64,000 nt of DNA from Saccostrea cucullata (Eukaryota): the NCBI RefSeq assembly GCF_032062105.1, contig NW_026937360.1:434001-498000 (forward strand). Direction: 5' to 3'. Made by a program: the position numbers and the translations under genes. The notes under the pieces are model-generated. The model was given only the letters and a program-made list of their open reading frames with translations, ran no database searches and was not told where the DNA came from. Below are positions 1 to 14,700 of this stretch, in pieces (the stretch's first letter is position 1; each line of letters starts with the position of its first letter).

Positions 1-2708
1 TAACAATTCATCGAACGGAAAGAATCTCGCATTACTTTTGTAGAGCAATTGTTGTCAGCAAAGCGTAACATGTATGGCCCCGCCTTCACCAAGCGTAAAC
101 AATCGACGAGATATTAATTCAGAATACATATCTCTTTTCAAACAAATTCCACTTCATCCAATACATTGTAATAGATTATATACGTTACCATAGTAACATG
201 AAAGATGAACATACCTCCTCTTACAAGAGAGTTTGATGGTAATGAAGAGGTTATCTGTTTTTAAGTTCTCAAGGAATTGTAGAAAAACATCTGCTGCTAC
301 TCACGACCTATTTTTAATTTTTTTTTTCGCTTTTGCAAAAAATGCCTTTTTACTAATGTTAGGGAATTACATACAACGTGGGGGATATTACAGTTTCTAT
401 TTTTGAAAACTTTTGATAAAATCTTCGATGAAAAGTGAATAAGTGAACTTTTTGATTCAACAATTAGAAGAAAAATCAAATGAATTTAAAGGAGCAAGGA
501 AGTTTATTTGCATAGGAGCAACGATACAAGTATTCAACGTCTGCTTTCTTGATCTGGAGAGAAGGGATTTATCAACTGAATGGATGTATTTGAACTTCTG
601 TTATTAATTTTGACTTCTCAGCGTAGTGTCAGGATATATAAGTATCAGCTCTATATAAAGCGACATCCATTGTATTGATTTCTTGTTGTAATCGATAACA
701 ACAGATTGCTAATTGCTAAGTGATGATTTTCCCGTGTTAGATATTGGCTTTGCAATACTCCATCATTCAGCTGTGAAACATTTTAATGTTTTTTGGGTCA
801 AACATCTCAATTATTTTTGTGAAGAAGAAGCATGTAATTTAGTTAAAGGAGTCATTTGAAGTGGAACGAAAACCGGGAATTAGACCTTACTTAGATTAAT
901 TTCTACGTTAGTCCTACAAAGAGTATTAAAGCTGACACAAGAAAACGAATATATTCTAAGCACATCCTTAATCTTCTGTACTTTCCCGAGGAAAATAAGA
1001 GAAAAGCGTTTCTCATCGATTTATTTTCCACATAATGAAGAAAGCTTTTGTCTCGCTCAGAAGAAATATTAATTCCCGTCGTTTGAATTGATCGTAGTTT
1101 CACATTTCTTGTTGAAATATACAGGTTTTTAAGTTTGTTACTATACATCACCTTCCATAGGTGTGAGTTTTGTCGATTGTCAACTTGGATGACGTGGATG
1201 CAGAGATTGTTTTTGAGTTAGAATGGATCTGCCTCCTACTGAGGTACATTGACGATCCAATTTCCCTGTGTGACACTCCGTAACATTTTCTCTTGAAATG
1301 GTCAACATGCAGGTCTCTGTTATAAACAGCAGTTTTCATGCTTGTTTGCTTCTGCTTGCTCCTCTGGAACTAATGTTTTTATAGTGACAATGTGATTGTT
1401 GCAACAAAAAATTGATTAATAATTTCCGAAGAAGAATTATACTCTTGTTATACGACTGTTTACCATCATCACGTTAGCACCCTGAATATTCAAAATGTTG
1501 TGGAGTCACGGTCATTTTTGGTAGGTATAGATGTAAATAAATGTACATTTTGTGTCTAAATTAATTGTTTAAAGTTAATATTATAGTCGTTAGCATACAT
1601 GTAAAAATCAAGAAGTACCATACTGGTAAATCAAAGATCTGCCATATGACAAAAGACGAAATTGGAAATTAGAGCGGTTGTTCTGGTGTCCTGTTTATGT
1701 CAAAGCTTTCTCTTTCCTTTGACGAAGCGCAAATATTACATTTATATAACCAATGAAGTTCTAGAGATTAACTTTACGTTTTCTACTTGAACTTTTTAGA
1801 ACTTTCTTTGTGATCGTTTTTTTTTACTTTAAAATATTCTCAAAAATCTACAAAAGAAATGAAACTGAATTTTTAAAATTTAAGTGCAATCAACTATTAT
1901 TGAATCCTTGTTTTGATGACAAGTTTTAATAAGCAATTTAAACTCTCTTTAGATCAAACTTCGTCAAATTCGTATAGTTTGGGATTTAAGGTATTTTTGC
2001 CAATATTCGAAACAGTATTATAAATATCTGTGAGAGATCAGAAATAAAAATGATGGAAACCCAGAACAGAAAACAAGTTATATAACACAATGTTTTAGTA
2101 AATATTTTCTTTACATGACAGCTATATTTCATCAATTCATGGACATACATGTATAAATAATGTGATGACGTACCAATGCTGACGTCACACCTATATTTGT
2201 TTTTGCAAGAGAACAGTAAAGGAAACACGAGTAAATTTCTGCGAACGCTCTCAATATACATGTGTATTTCTCATATTAGGATCAAGAAATAAAACTCAAA
2301 TCCCAACTGATGCTCCTTAATAAACCTATTGTATTTGATCAAAAGGAACTAAATTGCTGTTTCAACAAACAGGTTAAACAGCTTGTACAACTGTGTTTAC
2401 AGAACTGTATTCTTTACACGGATTCTCTAGTTTAATTCGTTAAAAGTGTTTACATTTAGAGATGACCTGTGACCCTATGACTTCATGACCATTTAAATAC
2501 TTGAGGGGGGGGGGGGGGATTTCAAATGAGCAATTTTAATGAGATTTTTTTTTGGATAACAAAAAACAAGAAAACTTCTACATTGGCTCGCTTCCTGAAA
2601 AACCAATATTTCACTATTTAATAATAAAGAATAAAATTAAAAATAAAAATACACCATTAGATTATTGTTTTAAGAAAAAAACTATCTTCTGCTTGCGAAG
2701 TCAAAATA

Positions 2709-3015
2709 GTCTTGTGTGTGGCGTAGTGGTTAGAGCGTCTGCTCTACAGTCGCAAAGTAAGGAGTAAATCCTTAATACGTCGCGGGTGCGAATCACACTT
2801 AGGGACGCGGAGACCGGTCCATCGGATGAGACCGTATAAACCGAGATTCCGTGTTGTAGTTGGTGCTGGCACGAAAAAGATCCCTCACTGCTCAATGGTC
2901 ATGAGTGCCGAGTATATAACAAAATTTGTAGCACTCCATCGGCAAGGGATGGCGTCTCCATATGAGTGAAAAATTCTAGAGAGGGGCGTTAAACAAGATA
3001 CAATCAATCAATCAA
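2709..3015 (+). mobile_element. tRNA-derived SINE (Deu/Nin-domain-like), full length with TSD
   Basis: A box TGGCGTAGTGG and degenerate B box GGTGCGAATCA; central CGGATGAGACCGTATAAACCGAG...AAAAGATCCC resembles, from memory, the Deu/Nin SINE domain; (CAAT)n tail; 11-bp direct repeat AAGTCAAAATA at 2698-2708 and 3016-3026; other copies in the window. Confidence 0.85.
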
Positions 3016-4024
3016 AAGTCAAAATATATATGTAGTAGTATAATTATCTCTGTCACATGAAAAGTAATTCAGAAACAAAATCAAAACGTAGAGAATATTA
3101 TGGAATTTTTCTCAGTGTATGATTACTTCTCTGATGTTGAAAAGAAAGGTTTCTTTTATATGGACGGTTCTAACTTTGATGTTGAATCTAGTTCCATCAG
3201 TAACGGCATAATTATATATCATGTACAGTTCTGTCTATTTTTAACATCAAAGAATTCAATTAGCGTCATTTGTGGATATTGGTATCATTATATGAAAACT
3301 ATTAAAGTAGCCAAAGACAAAAAAAATCATAATCAAATATTTTACTTTTTAAATTTTTAAATTTAAAATGGCTTCTCACAATGATATTCATTTACAAGCA
3401 GAAGCAATAAATGTTACAAAAATTATAGAATGATGCCAATCAGTATTTTTAAGACTGTATGTATATAATGTAATGTACACACTCACAAAAAATGACGTTT
3501 ATTTTTTTTTCAAAAAGTATTATTACTTAAATTATTGATATATAGTTATAGAAATACAGCAATTTTATCTTTTTGATGATTCGAAAAAACGATAACAAAC
3601 TATTTTTTGAATTTATTAGTGAAAGTAAATCGTAAAAAGAAATATACGAAAAATCGAGGAAACGTTACGATTGCCTCTGTATGGATAACATTGATTGATT
3701 TATTTTTATTACAAAGCAAGGGCGTCAGATTTCTTTAATTTCGGTTAAGCCTCTGTGCTTTAAACCTAACATTATAGCGAGTTTGATATACTTTCAAAAT
3801 AAGAAGATATTGTTGCCATCGAAACGGGGTGGTTGATTGCTTCCAAAACCCTTTATACTTTTAATCAACTGCCTTTATATGTTACTGCCATAAAACACTT
3901 TTTTTTAACATATTGTACAGAGCGATTTTAATAATGACAGCCATGCGTTTTTTGCTTTGTTTTAATATTGAAGGAGAAGTGTGGGAAGAATAAGAAAGTC
4001 ACATTGTATATAATACCAGTTATA

Positions 4025-4447
4025 CAACAAAACAAATGATTATGAACCACATGTGCCCTCTATGACAGCTCAAGGCCAAGGTTAAAATTATTTTCTAACA
4101 ATTTTAGGTCAAACTTCAAGGTCAAATGTTCCAAAAAAGACGACACCAAAATATTTTTACAAAGAATACGTAAATGATACATGGGGACCTTAGAACCAAC
4201 TACTTAGAAAATGCGTTCGTTTGTTTTTCAAAAGTAGGTCAAACACTGAGATCAAGGTCAAAAGGTCAGAAATATTCGTAGAAAATAGAAGTTTTCGCAA
4301 AAGGAAAGAAAAATTAAAGCGATAACCGACCATTCAAAAGTTATTAGTATGGGCAACTTCATAGTTACTGCATACGAACATTTTCAAACAAACAGACAGA
4401 CCCAAAACTATATGCCCCAAGAATCTTTAATTATACGACTGCAAAAA
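4025..4447. repeat. Helentron/HINE-like non-autonomous repeat (degenerate)
   Basis: Repeated GGTCAA/CAAGGTCA units, a short (ACAA/ACAG)n microsatellite and a terminal CTATATGCCCC segment; layout resembles bivalve Helentron-associated repeats. Boundaries approximate. Confidence 0.45.
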
Positions 4448-5899
4448 ATGATTTGTTTTCATGACCTACAGATTCTTGTAGTTTATTTTTTACCTCTGGG
4501 CGGTCAATTGTAAACATTATTATTTGATAGAATTGAGTCTTTTGCACCATCAAAAAATTGCGCTAATTTATTATCATATATCATCTTTTGTTGAAGTCAA
4601 ATGCACGTAATGTGGCCAATACATGCAAATTTTATATTTTTTCTGTCAGATTGAAAGTGCGTGAGGACAGACAATTTACATATACATGCTATATGTATAA
4701 TCTCCGAGATTTAAAGGTCTAAGAAATATCAAAAATTGATAAAAGTGGTATAATGGGTCTTTTATATTTTAATCAAAAATACATTTGTCCCAGATATGAA
4801 CTCTTCTCTGTCATGTGTACTCGCTGAATAAATTGCACTTTTTAAAAAAATGAAAATATTTACTCATCCTCATGTATATTAATTCACATTTTCGTAACAA
4901 GCACGTTCACAAGGATAAATGAATAAATTGAAAAAAAAAAAACAAAAAAAACAAAAACAAGGCATTATACTGAAATAATTGAAAATTTGACATCTCTGTT
5001 TTCAAAGCTGTATTAATTAACTCAAAGCTATTTCTGCAGTAAATTCACCTACCATATTTTTTTTTAGAGAAAAGCAATGCTTGAAGCATCTCTAAAGGAT
5101 GTCGTTCCTTTATTATAGAAAAAAAAACAAGCAGGAGTTATCGTTCGTTTCCGAAATGTTAATCAGATATTTAACAGTTCATTTATTCTACATAAGAAAG
5201 CGAATTCTAGGCGTAAACGATGTCTCTAAAAACAAGATTAATCACTGTCTCCTATTTAAGGACAGTTAGTCATGGAATTAAAGATGACGGGAAGAATAAA
5301 TATCCATTATTTGCCAATCAATTTAGCGGCATTGGCTTTCTCCTATTAGGGTCGATATGTTGTCTTGGGATGTTTGAAGAGACGCATCTCCGAAAGGCAG
5401 CGGAAATGTGTCAAATTGATGTTAAGCATTGCAGAATAATGGAAAGCAAACATTTGATTGCCGGAGTCTCGTAGTGGACAGAGAGGCTCAAGGCAAAAGA
5501 ATTAGTTGTTATTGAAACCACTTACGATCTGAAGTGGGATTGCTGCAAATTTATGTCTTAATACATGTGTACGAGTGATGGATTTCTGAATAATAAATAT
5601 ATACTTTATTATTATACGGAAATCAGACAAATGAGAGTCATATCTGAGTGAAAATTAAAACTTTCATATAATACCTAAAATTTAGTGGAACATTAAGGTG
5701 TGGAACAAGCTAACTTAAATTGTTCAACTTTCTGTTTTTTTATAGAAGAGGCAATATGAAAACGAGAAATTGTAAAGCTACCGATAAAAATAAACAAGCA
5801 ACCCAAATCGCAGATTTCATCATAATATAGATTTTAATCCGCTTTTCACAATTTACGCATTTTATGACAAATCTTTGAAGTGCTATAATGTTTGCATAT

Positions 5900-6200
5900 G
5901 ATTGATTGATTTTATGTTGTTTAACGTCCCTCTCGAGAATTTTTCACTCATATGGAGACGCTACCACTTGCCGGTGGAGAACTGCAAAATCTGGACTACC
6001 GGGTATATTCGGCACTCAGGGCCATTGAGCAGGGAGGAATCTTTTTCATGCCAGCACTACCTGCAACGCGGGACCTCGGTTTATACGGTCTCATCCGAAG
6101 GACCGGTCTCCACGTCCCACAGTGGGATTCGAACCTGCGACGTAAGGATCAACTCCTTACTTCGCGACTCTAGAGCAGACTCTTTAACCACTGCGCCACG
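5900..6200 (-). mobile_element. tRNA-derived SINE, same family as 2709-3015
   Basis: Reverse complement has A box TGGCGCAGTGG, B box GGTTCGAATCCC, the same core and a (CAAT)n tail (GATTGATTGAT on +). Explains ORFs 5902-6288, 5952-6173 and 6081-6263. Confidence 0.85.
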
Positions 6201-6338
6201 AAGGGGGACTGTTAGTATATTATGGTGTTTATACATGTATGGTATTAACCATCCAAAGTTCATCAGGCATTTTGTAAAATTTTTTTAAAATTCCATAATA
6301 AATTTAAAAGACTTTTAGCACACATGTGTAGTTCTAGA

Positions 6339-6987
6339 CACAGGTACTTGTGGACAGGACCCCCCCCCCCCCCCGATATTAATTCAACCCCGGGGCTTAT
6401 TTTACATTTTTTTCACAATTTATATTTAGTACACTTATTCAACATGAAAACCCCAAAATACAAAAAAATTATACATTATAAGAGAGAAAGGTAAGCAACT
6501 TCGGTTTGTTTACGTTGTACCCTACTGGTCTTTGGGTTTAAAAACATGTATTTATTTTATTTTCACCTAAAATGTCGGTCCACGCTGTCTTTACATATAT
6601 TTCTGTCTCAGTAAATGCTATCGAATTGACTCTGCATCTTAGAATCCCACAAACAGCATTCCAGTTAGAAAGGTAAACGCAACGGAAGTGCATAGAAAAT
6701 GTTACACTTATTACGATAACGTCCGAGAGAGTTTTAGCCTGACGTAATAATCACTCTCGGGTGTTATCATAATAGGTAATAGGCACTTCCGTTGCGTTTA
6801 CCTAAACGTAAACAAACCGAAGTTGCTTACCTTTCTCTCTTATAATGTATAGTGGGGTATTTTTTTGAGGAGCGATTATTTTGGGGTTTTGACGATTTGT
6901 TCCTATTGCAAACATGTTGAATAAGTGTACTAAATATAAATTGTGAAAAAAATGTAAAATAAGCCCCACTGTCCACAAGTACCTGTG
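6339..6987. mobile_element. MITE with 19-bp TIR, 8-bp TSD and nested internal inverted repeats
   Basis: TIR CACAGGTACTTGTGGACAG / CTGTCCACAAGTACCTGTG; TSD GTTCTAGA at 6331-6338 and 6988-6995. An 8-bp TSD with a CA start fits the P or hAT superfamilies. Confidence 0.85.
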
Positions 6988-9900
6988 GTTCTAGACTCTA
7001 AATGACGCATGATGATGTAAGAATGTATGAATTCAGTGCATAAATGATTATCAACTGATTAACATTGGCACTAAAGAACCAACATAATATTTATTGAAGT
7101 GTTAAATGGCTTTTTTTCCTCCTTGTTGGTCAGTGAAGCAGCAAAGATATCACATACTTTTTTAAAGCTTCATTAAATCTCGGTTATGATTGCATTCTCG
7201 TCATCTAATGCATTGCATTGATTTCTGATGTTTCGCAGACAAGAAGATTTCGCTTTGAAAATAGCCAGTAGCGCCTTAGAGAATTATGAACTTTGCACAA
7301 TTGGAAACAATACATCACCACTTCATGAGAAATGAAGTACTGAATTATTGAAATTGATTAAGAAGAATTCTGATTTATGAGGAAACAGACATGTTTAAGC
7401 AGTTTATGTTTGTTTTATGACGTCAAATGACAAAATCTGTAGCTTACATATACTATCCTCTTACTAAAAAAGATCGTGAACCTCAGGGATCATGACGTCA
7501 TATAACCATATGACGATTTCTGTTTATTGCATACATCATATTCAGTAACATTCTCGGGAGATGTTGCTATTTTAAAATTCACTTTCAAAGATTACTCGTA
7601 AAAAAGGCACACACAAACTCACAAAAAACGAAAAATCATCAAAGAAAAAGTAAATAGGCGAAGGTTAAAAAATATATAAATTAGAAACAGTTGCCAATTT
7701 TCTCAAAAGATTTCCTTAGCTTCATTGGCTTGTTATTAATAGTGAACTATTTTGATATCTGGGCATTTGGATCGGTTTCAGTGTCTAGCAGAACTTCTCT
7801 ATAATTACGAAGTAACAGGTGATATTGTCAGTTTGATAGACATATTCCACATGTACACTGTACATTCAGATGTTGCTGGGTCTTGGAAGATCTTCAAGAC
7901 AGAATTATTGTTTTGAGTGGAAGTTGTTTGGTTGGCTCTTGTTGGGAGTATCATTAGGTTATGTTTGGTAAATATTTGGACCTTACTTGCCACTTTAGAA
8001 AATACCGTATGTCTGTTTTCATTATTTTGAGTTGTCGAAAGAAGAGCAGAGTGTTCGAACAGCTTATGGGCATCGTGTCTGTAGTATTGATTAAGATCGA
8101 TCATTTTGAATTCCTTCAGGTGGCCATTTTTAATTAATTTGTTCTCAGTGTTCATTTTAAAGGTTTGTGAATTATGTCACAATGTGAAAGAATATTCAAA
8201 GGCTATATAATACCTTATTTGAAATTAAAAATAATGAAAGCTTTAAAAATAGATCCAAGTACAATATCTTAAAATTACACAATACAAAGTATATATGACA
8301 CCTGAAAAAAAAATATTGATTTAAAAATACATTAATCTTCGCTTCTCTGAAAGCTCGGCTTTCAATTTTGTGCCTGAAAAAAGAAAATTGCAGTGCTTCT
8401 ATTATAACTTGCCATGGTAACAGTTACCGGGGGTATTGCATACGCAGTCTGACCTACTGTAATTTTAATCCACATCCGGGGCTTTCATCAGAGAGATGTC
8501 TTTGGGCAGCTTCAGGGCAGTAGTGAGCTGAATACTTTGATGTAAAGTTCTGATTGAAATTATTTAAGCTTTAGCTATAAGTTAAACGTTCTTCTAGATT
8601 GGCACAGATTGCTAGTATCGAGTACAAACATAAAGTAATATCTAAGAGTGCCTATTGTATAATCAAAAGCATGTACTTTCAATTGCTTAATATATAATTT
8701 TAATTTAAAAAAAATAATTCTGGTTGTGTTAAAATAATTAACTTTTTCGTGATCTGACCATATTCTTTATAATACCCTTGCTCTTTATAAGTAGTTAGAA
8801 TATAATTATACACTTTCCTGGATATGGCGACAACCGATGGTTGTAAAAGAATAATTTGCAGAGCTTTGCCTAAGGCCAAGTGAAAGTTTTCAGTAATTGA
8901 ATAAAACAATTATTCTGTAAATTTAATGCTGTAACCATCATGCATCTGCCATCATAGCGTTTAAACACCAACAAAATCAATGGAAAGATCATGTCGTTTG
9001 GCCGAGTAATTCGGAATGGGAATGAAGACTACGTAAATCGATTTTTTTCTTCTCATTTTGCTTTTGAACTTCAGGATATATGATTATTAGAAAAATGTAA
9101 ATAGGTAAATTATGGACTATTAATAAGGCAATAAAATAAATCTGAGCGGGTCTTTTTCAATTTGAACGATACCAGGGAAATCAAGGCATATAGAAGATGT
9201 TTGTTTGTTGGTTGGTTGGTTTCTTGAAACAAGATTATAATGCTTAATATAAAATGTTCAACAGTACAATGTTGTACATTTTTCCTGATTTCTATGACAG
9301 CTGATGCGATAAACTATTCTATGTTTTGAAAATAAACCCAACACAATCAGTCTTTTTATGAAAATTATTCAAACTTTTCAGCAAGATACTGATCTTGCAA
9401 AATATGCAGATTCTTATAAACTTCTATGTTTTCGAAAATGATAAAGCTTTTACGTGCAAACCTATCAGAGTTTTATTTTTTAGTTTCTGTCTACGCTAAC
9501 AATTTAACTCTATTTTGGTTTGGTAAAAGTAATTGAGACTTAAAGATAAGCACCCTAAGTATATACACGATCTCAGACTAATGAACTCTACGAATGAGAT
9601 AAGCGGCCCAGTCTTGTTACATTACAATGTGGCTTATATCCTTTCCTTCCAATTTTCTTTCGTAACATTACACTCATTTCTAGAAATATAATGCCTTTGT
9701 GTTATTACATTAATCAGTGAAATCAGAAGACTGAAAGCGGCTAATGCCATAACAACCTTACAATGAACCCTCTAGGCATTACCGCTTTTCAAGATGATTT
9801 GGCAATCAAGTTTCTTTAATTATATTGTTTAATTGAAAACGCCATGAGTAGATTTATTTGAAGAAAAGAATACAACGTGGGTTGCTCTCAAATCTGCTTT

Positions 9901-11304
9901 GAACTTTTGTCTCGATTTTTAAAAAAAAATTATTAATTGGAACGCATTATGTAGGATGTAGCAAAATACCATGTTGCACCCAGGCACAATCTATTGATAA
10001 ATTTGAGATAGTTTCAAACAAAAGATTTTTTCACATATGTTACATACACTGATACATGAACATGATAAATATAGGTATTCAGACATACTGTATCTATGAC
10101 TGTTGGATGTGCAGTTAATCTACAAATGTAAAGGTTAGGGCAAAATAGCTCTCACAACTCCATTTGTGGATGGCTCAAATGAATGCATATCTATTATCAA
10201 ATGTCCCCTAGATAATATGTACACTGTAGCCAAGGACATGAAATGCTAATGATAAAGATCACGTCTTAATTTTGTGAAGTAATGGAAGAGACAATTATGA
10301 CAGAGGAAATTCAGTAAGATACTGAAGAAGTGAACACAGACATTAAGAAAAAAATAATAATAACGCCTTCTCATTTGTTAAAAATTGATATCGTCAACTA
10401 ATTTTCTTGTATGGATGAGAAGAAATATTTTTAGTTTTATTAGTATATTCTCTGGTAAGCCTTTAAAATTAAATGAGAAATGAAAGCTGTAGAGTTCCGT
10501 GTTGTTTAAATATGCTTGCAAGCTTGATTGATTCAATAAAAGTCCAATATAAATTATAGCTAATTCTAAAGAAAAGAAGTGTCCTTGAAACAATGGTTTC
10601 CAACATAAAAAGAGAAAGTTTCCCGAATAAAATCAATTGCTCCTTTGGAAGAAATGTGTCATGCAGTATGATATAAGTGATTGACGCTGCAATCGAAATG
10701 AGATCATATGAAGATTAGATTATTGTATTCCATCTTCCCCCAGACGTAAAACCAATAGAAAAAGTCATCTCACGTCCCATTCATAGGTCAACGTGGGGAT
10801 TGCACAAAAAAGATTTGGAATTGGTTCCGTTCCCCCTTAGCAGAATGTGATATATTTGTTGCAACTCCCTTTCTCTATATGTAGAGTTGATTAATACATC
10901 AAACTTCTGGAAACTCTGATTCTTGTGGCCCGAAAGAAACTATTATTAGAAAATTGGTGCATTATTTGATTGAAAATTAATTAAGTAGAATATAGAACAG
11001 AGAAATGTACTTCAAGGGGGGAATGGTACAATTTATGTTTGACGTAAACCGTGGGAATTTTTCTAGTAGAACACAGGATCGCGAAATAGTGATTCAGAAA
11101 ATTCCAATATTTTCCGTATTAAACCATTTGGCTCACTACCTATAACAATTTGTATTTTTTTCACTAATTATATATTTATTTAAATTTACGTGTTCATGTC
11201 TCACCACGAAGTAAATTTATAATTCACAACATGACACTAGTTTTTAATTTATTTATTCAAAAAATAAATTAATTCTTTCATTTTTGTCAGTATGTGCTAA
11301 ATTG

Positions 11305-11748
11305 TTTCTGGATGTCCACTCTCGTCTGGTAAACTAAATCAATATCTGCATATCCTGAATCTTATTAAATGAATATCTCCAGTATACTTCGAACATTTCA
11401 AGGAATGCCTTTCTTGTATGCTACAAGTCTTGGTAAAAATAAAGTTCAGAACCCAATGCATATGCTTTCCTTATACAATTTACGACTTTCGACTGGTTTA
11501 CAAAGGAAAATTTCCTTGACAAACAAAGAAATTTTCATCGATTCAAGCTAAAAATGGAATCTACTCCCGATTCATTAAGGAGGCTTATTGGGAAGGTTTC
11601 TTTTATGTTTAACCAAAGAAAGCAGATAATTATATATTTTAGAAACGTTTTTCTATCGTTAAGATGTTGCCTGATTCAACAAATCGACCACAAAAAAGGA
11701 ATTACAACAAACTTACCAGTATATCTTTAGAGAGTGGACATCCAGAAA
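11305..11748. mobile_element. Probable old MITE (19-bp inverted repeat)
   Basis: TTTCTGGATGTCCACTCTC (11305-11323) and its exact reverse complement (11730-11748); TSD uncertain (TTG on both sides). Confidence 0.5.
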
Positions 11749-14700
11749 TTGATGAATGAGTTCTTTTTCCCAACTTGACATTCGTAGTTATAGAACAAAG
11801 TGAAGATTAGTAGTAATTACATTAAATTAACACATAATCTTATTTCTGCTGTTGGAATAAAGATGCACAAATCAATACACGTAGATAGTACATACAAAAG
11901 AAAAAGAACGTGTGGTGTAGGGTACATGTGCACGAAAGGTCTGTTGATAGTCAATAAAATGTTTTTACTTAAGAATAATAATGTCATTTTAAGAATATCA
12001 CTTTTTTTTATCTGATGTTATATTCAGATTATTATATTTTATGGTATTATGATTGCTTCTTCGGCAATTTTATAAGGGAAAGATGATCCATGTTTACATG
12101 TTACAGGTACTTAACTACAAAAGAGCATATAAGATAAAATATTTCTAGACAGTGGTTGTTTTTAAAAAGCACGTTTAATTAATAAACGATTAATATACTT
12201 TTAAATAGGTCTAGATGTAGTTGGAAAGAGACACGCTAAAGAAACTTAAATCAAATACTAGTATTCTCTTTCATTTCAGTATTAACTGGAAGAACAAGTA
12301 AAATACATTTCATGAAGGTTACTTTGAAACTGAATTATAAAAAATCTTTTTTCTCGGCACCATATGTTTAAACAGTCTGGAAATATACTGAAATGTCAGA
12401 CACTGGCAGATTTTCAAGTTCATTTTTTTTATATAATAACTAAAACAAAACATTATCTTTTCTTCAATTTCCAATGGAGTCTACGTGTTCCCTCCCTGAA
12501 GAACTAAATGTTTCAGATATAGCGTGATGTGAAGTAATCGTAACATCGAAAGAATACAATATGACTGAACGGGCTTATAAATATATCAAATAGGTAATTT
12601 GTGAATGCAAATGGGAACAAGTTATTAATCTGTGGATATTTATAAAGAACAAAATCTTTCTGGCCACATCAATACTTTTACGATATGAATTCTTTTTATA
12701 GTAAGCAACAGAAAGATATATTGGAAGATGTGACCTTTAAAATAATTGCTTTTAGGTAATTATCTCATATCCTCAAAATATAAATAGTCCTGGTATATAT
12801 AGATTCAAATTTCATTACAAATAATAATGATCAAAATGAATTTATAAATTTTAAAGGTCCGATGTTTAAGAAATATTTCAAAAAGAAAACTACATTCATA
12901 GACGAATTAATCGATAGATTCTAACATATAATTAGTTACAAATGTGAGCAATACATTTTTCTGTCTAATTAGAATTCTAGCAATTCCTGAGATGAATACA
13001 CATATATGTGTTTTTTTACGTTTAAACCGGGTTCAGGAGCTAGGTGACTGACTCTATTTTCGGGTCAATAGACGCCACAGATAATTAGTGTTTGTGGGTG
13101 CACGGCTTGCTCTCTCATCCAATTTTAAACTTTATGCATCTTGTCGAACATTGCTTCTCCAATACTTGTCCATTTTTACCTTTCTCTTTTGCCGTACAAT
13201 TTTCACCTTGTTTCTCGTCATTTTTCATTTTCATATCATTCTTGGTAGATATGTAAAACACTTGGCGGAGTGATAATTGTCCTCGTCGCTATGGATATTG
13301 TTCTTAACTATTACGTTATTGTTGTGTTTTTGCTAATATTCACTACGATATTCAATCCCTTCCAAGAAAACAAAAATGTGCTGCAGATTATCGAGTGATC
13401 GTTTGGCATTTGCTAGTCGATACAAGCATGGGACATAGGACTGAACTAACTATTGCAGAGAGTCAGTAGGAGAGATATGTTGCTTGTGGACTTGACGGAT
13501 GACACGAAATCAGTTATGTTTAATAGCTGGATTATTAAGTTTATGCCGACATTGGTTGACATTAAGAATGTATAAAATTCCTTCTGAGATGTTAAAGAAA
13601 GGATATCTAATTCGTAGCCTTATTCTTTCTGTGTTGTACATCGCTTGTGGGTTTTTGGCAAAATCTCTTCCATTTTGAGGGTACTGTGAGGTGACCTTTG
13701 TGACGTCATGACAGGGCATCATGCAGCTATTCATTCGCGAGGCATGTATGTAATATCCTATTTTTATCTCTTCATACTTTAATATGCTCATGGCTGAATG
13801 TCTCGATTATATCTTCTTCCAAAGTAAACCATAATTTTCAGGTCAGGTGCATCGTATCATAACTTTCTTCAATTACTTAGCAAAACTACTATAAGCTTCG
13901 TACAAACATTTGGCGGCTTTCCGCCGTGTTTTACTTGGACAATGTTCATAAACCAGGTTTTCTTAGCCAAAATGTCAGGCAAGAAATATCCGCGCAAGAC
14001 TTTTCCGTAGCTAATATCTAAACAAATTTTAATTCATAACATTTGCACATTATGTCATAGGTTTTCTTCATAAAAATATTTTACTGAAATCAATTTATAT
14101 GGAAAATTAATAGAAAATTGTTTCAAAAGACAAATGATTGTTTATATTCGCGGAGAACTCTTCTTCAGACAATTAATCTGTTTCTAACGGTTATTTCCTT
14201 GTAAAGACAGAGCGAATCAGCATCGTCTGGATTGGCATCACATCCCTTAGCCTATTCGCCCTGTGGCTACCTATAATTTGATAAAAGATATTCTAAGTAT
14301 GAAACGCCAAATTAGATTACCTCTTGACGACGGGGAAAACCGTTGTCAACAATGCTCTAAAAGTATTCTCCGCTAGAATTAGTAAGTGCGAAAAGGTTCA
14401 CTGGAAGATAGAAGGTTTTACAGTGTTAGTCTCTTAAAGAATACACGGAGGACTAACGTACATATGTAGCTATTATCAATTTGTATGTCAGTCTGCAGAG
14501 TCTTTGAATGTTTGAAATAGAATGTAGTGTCTCTTAGAATGCCACATATACTTATATATTTGTATACCTGTTTTGTCTTGAGAATTAATAAAGAGGTACT
14601 AGTACAAATACTAGTATGTCATTTAAACAAACTATGATATATGATGTTGAAAAGATAAAAATTGAAGCTGAAAATCTGAATATTCTTCTTATCAGTAAAA

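Noticed and set aside
214-1339. Possible minus-strand gene (ORF 1148-1339 spliced to ~307-214)
   Set aside because: The join hits an in-frame TGA after two codons and nothing is recognisable; the window edge prevents evaluation.
2504-2518. G/C homopolymers (also ~6360 and ~32932)
   Set aside because: Simple mononucleotide runs, common in such genomes and error-prone in assembly.
6115-6200. tRNA gene (A and B boxes, long variable-arm-like hairpin)
   Set aside because: No proper acceptor or anticodon stems, and it continues into the SINE core and tail in several copies; it is a SINE head.
13088-13791. ORFs 13088-13273 and 13510-13791
   Set aside because: No motifs, no consistent splice structure, and stops in all extended frames examined.
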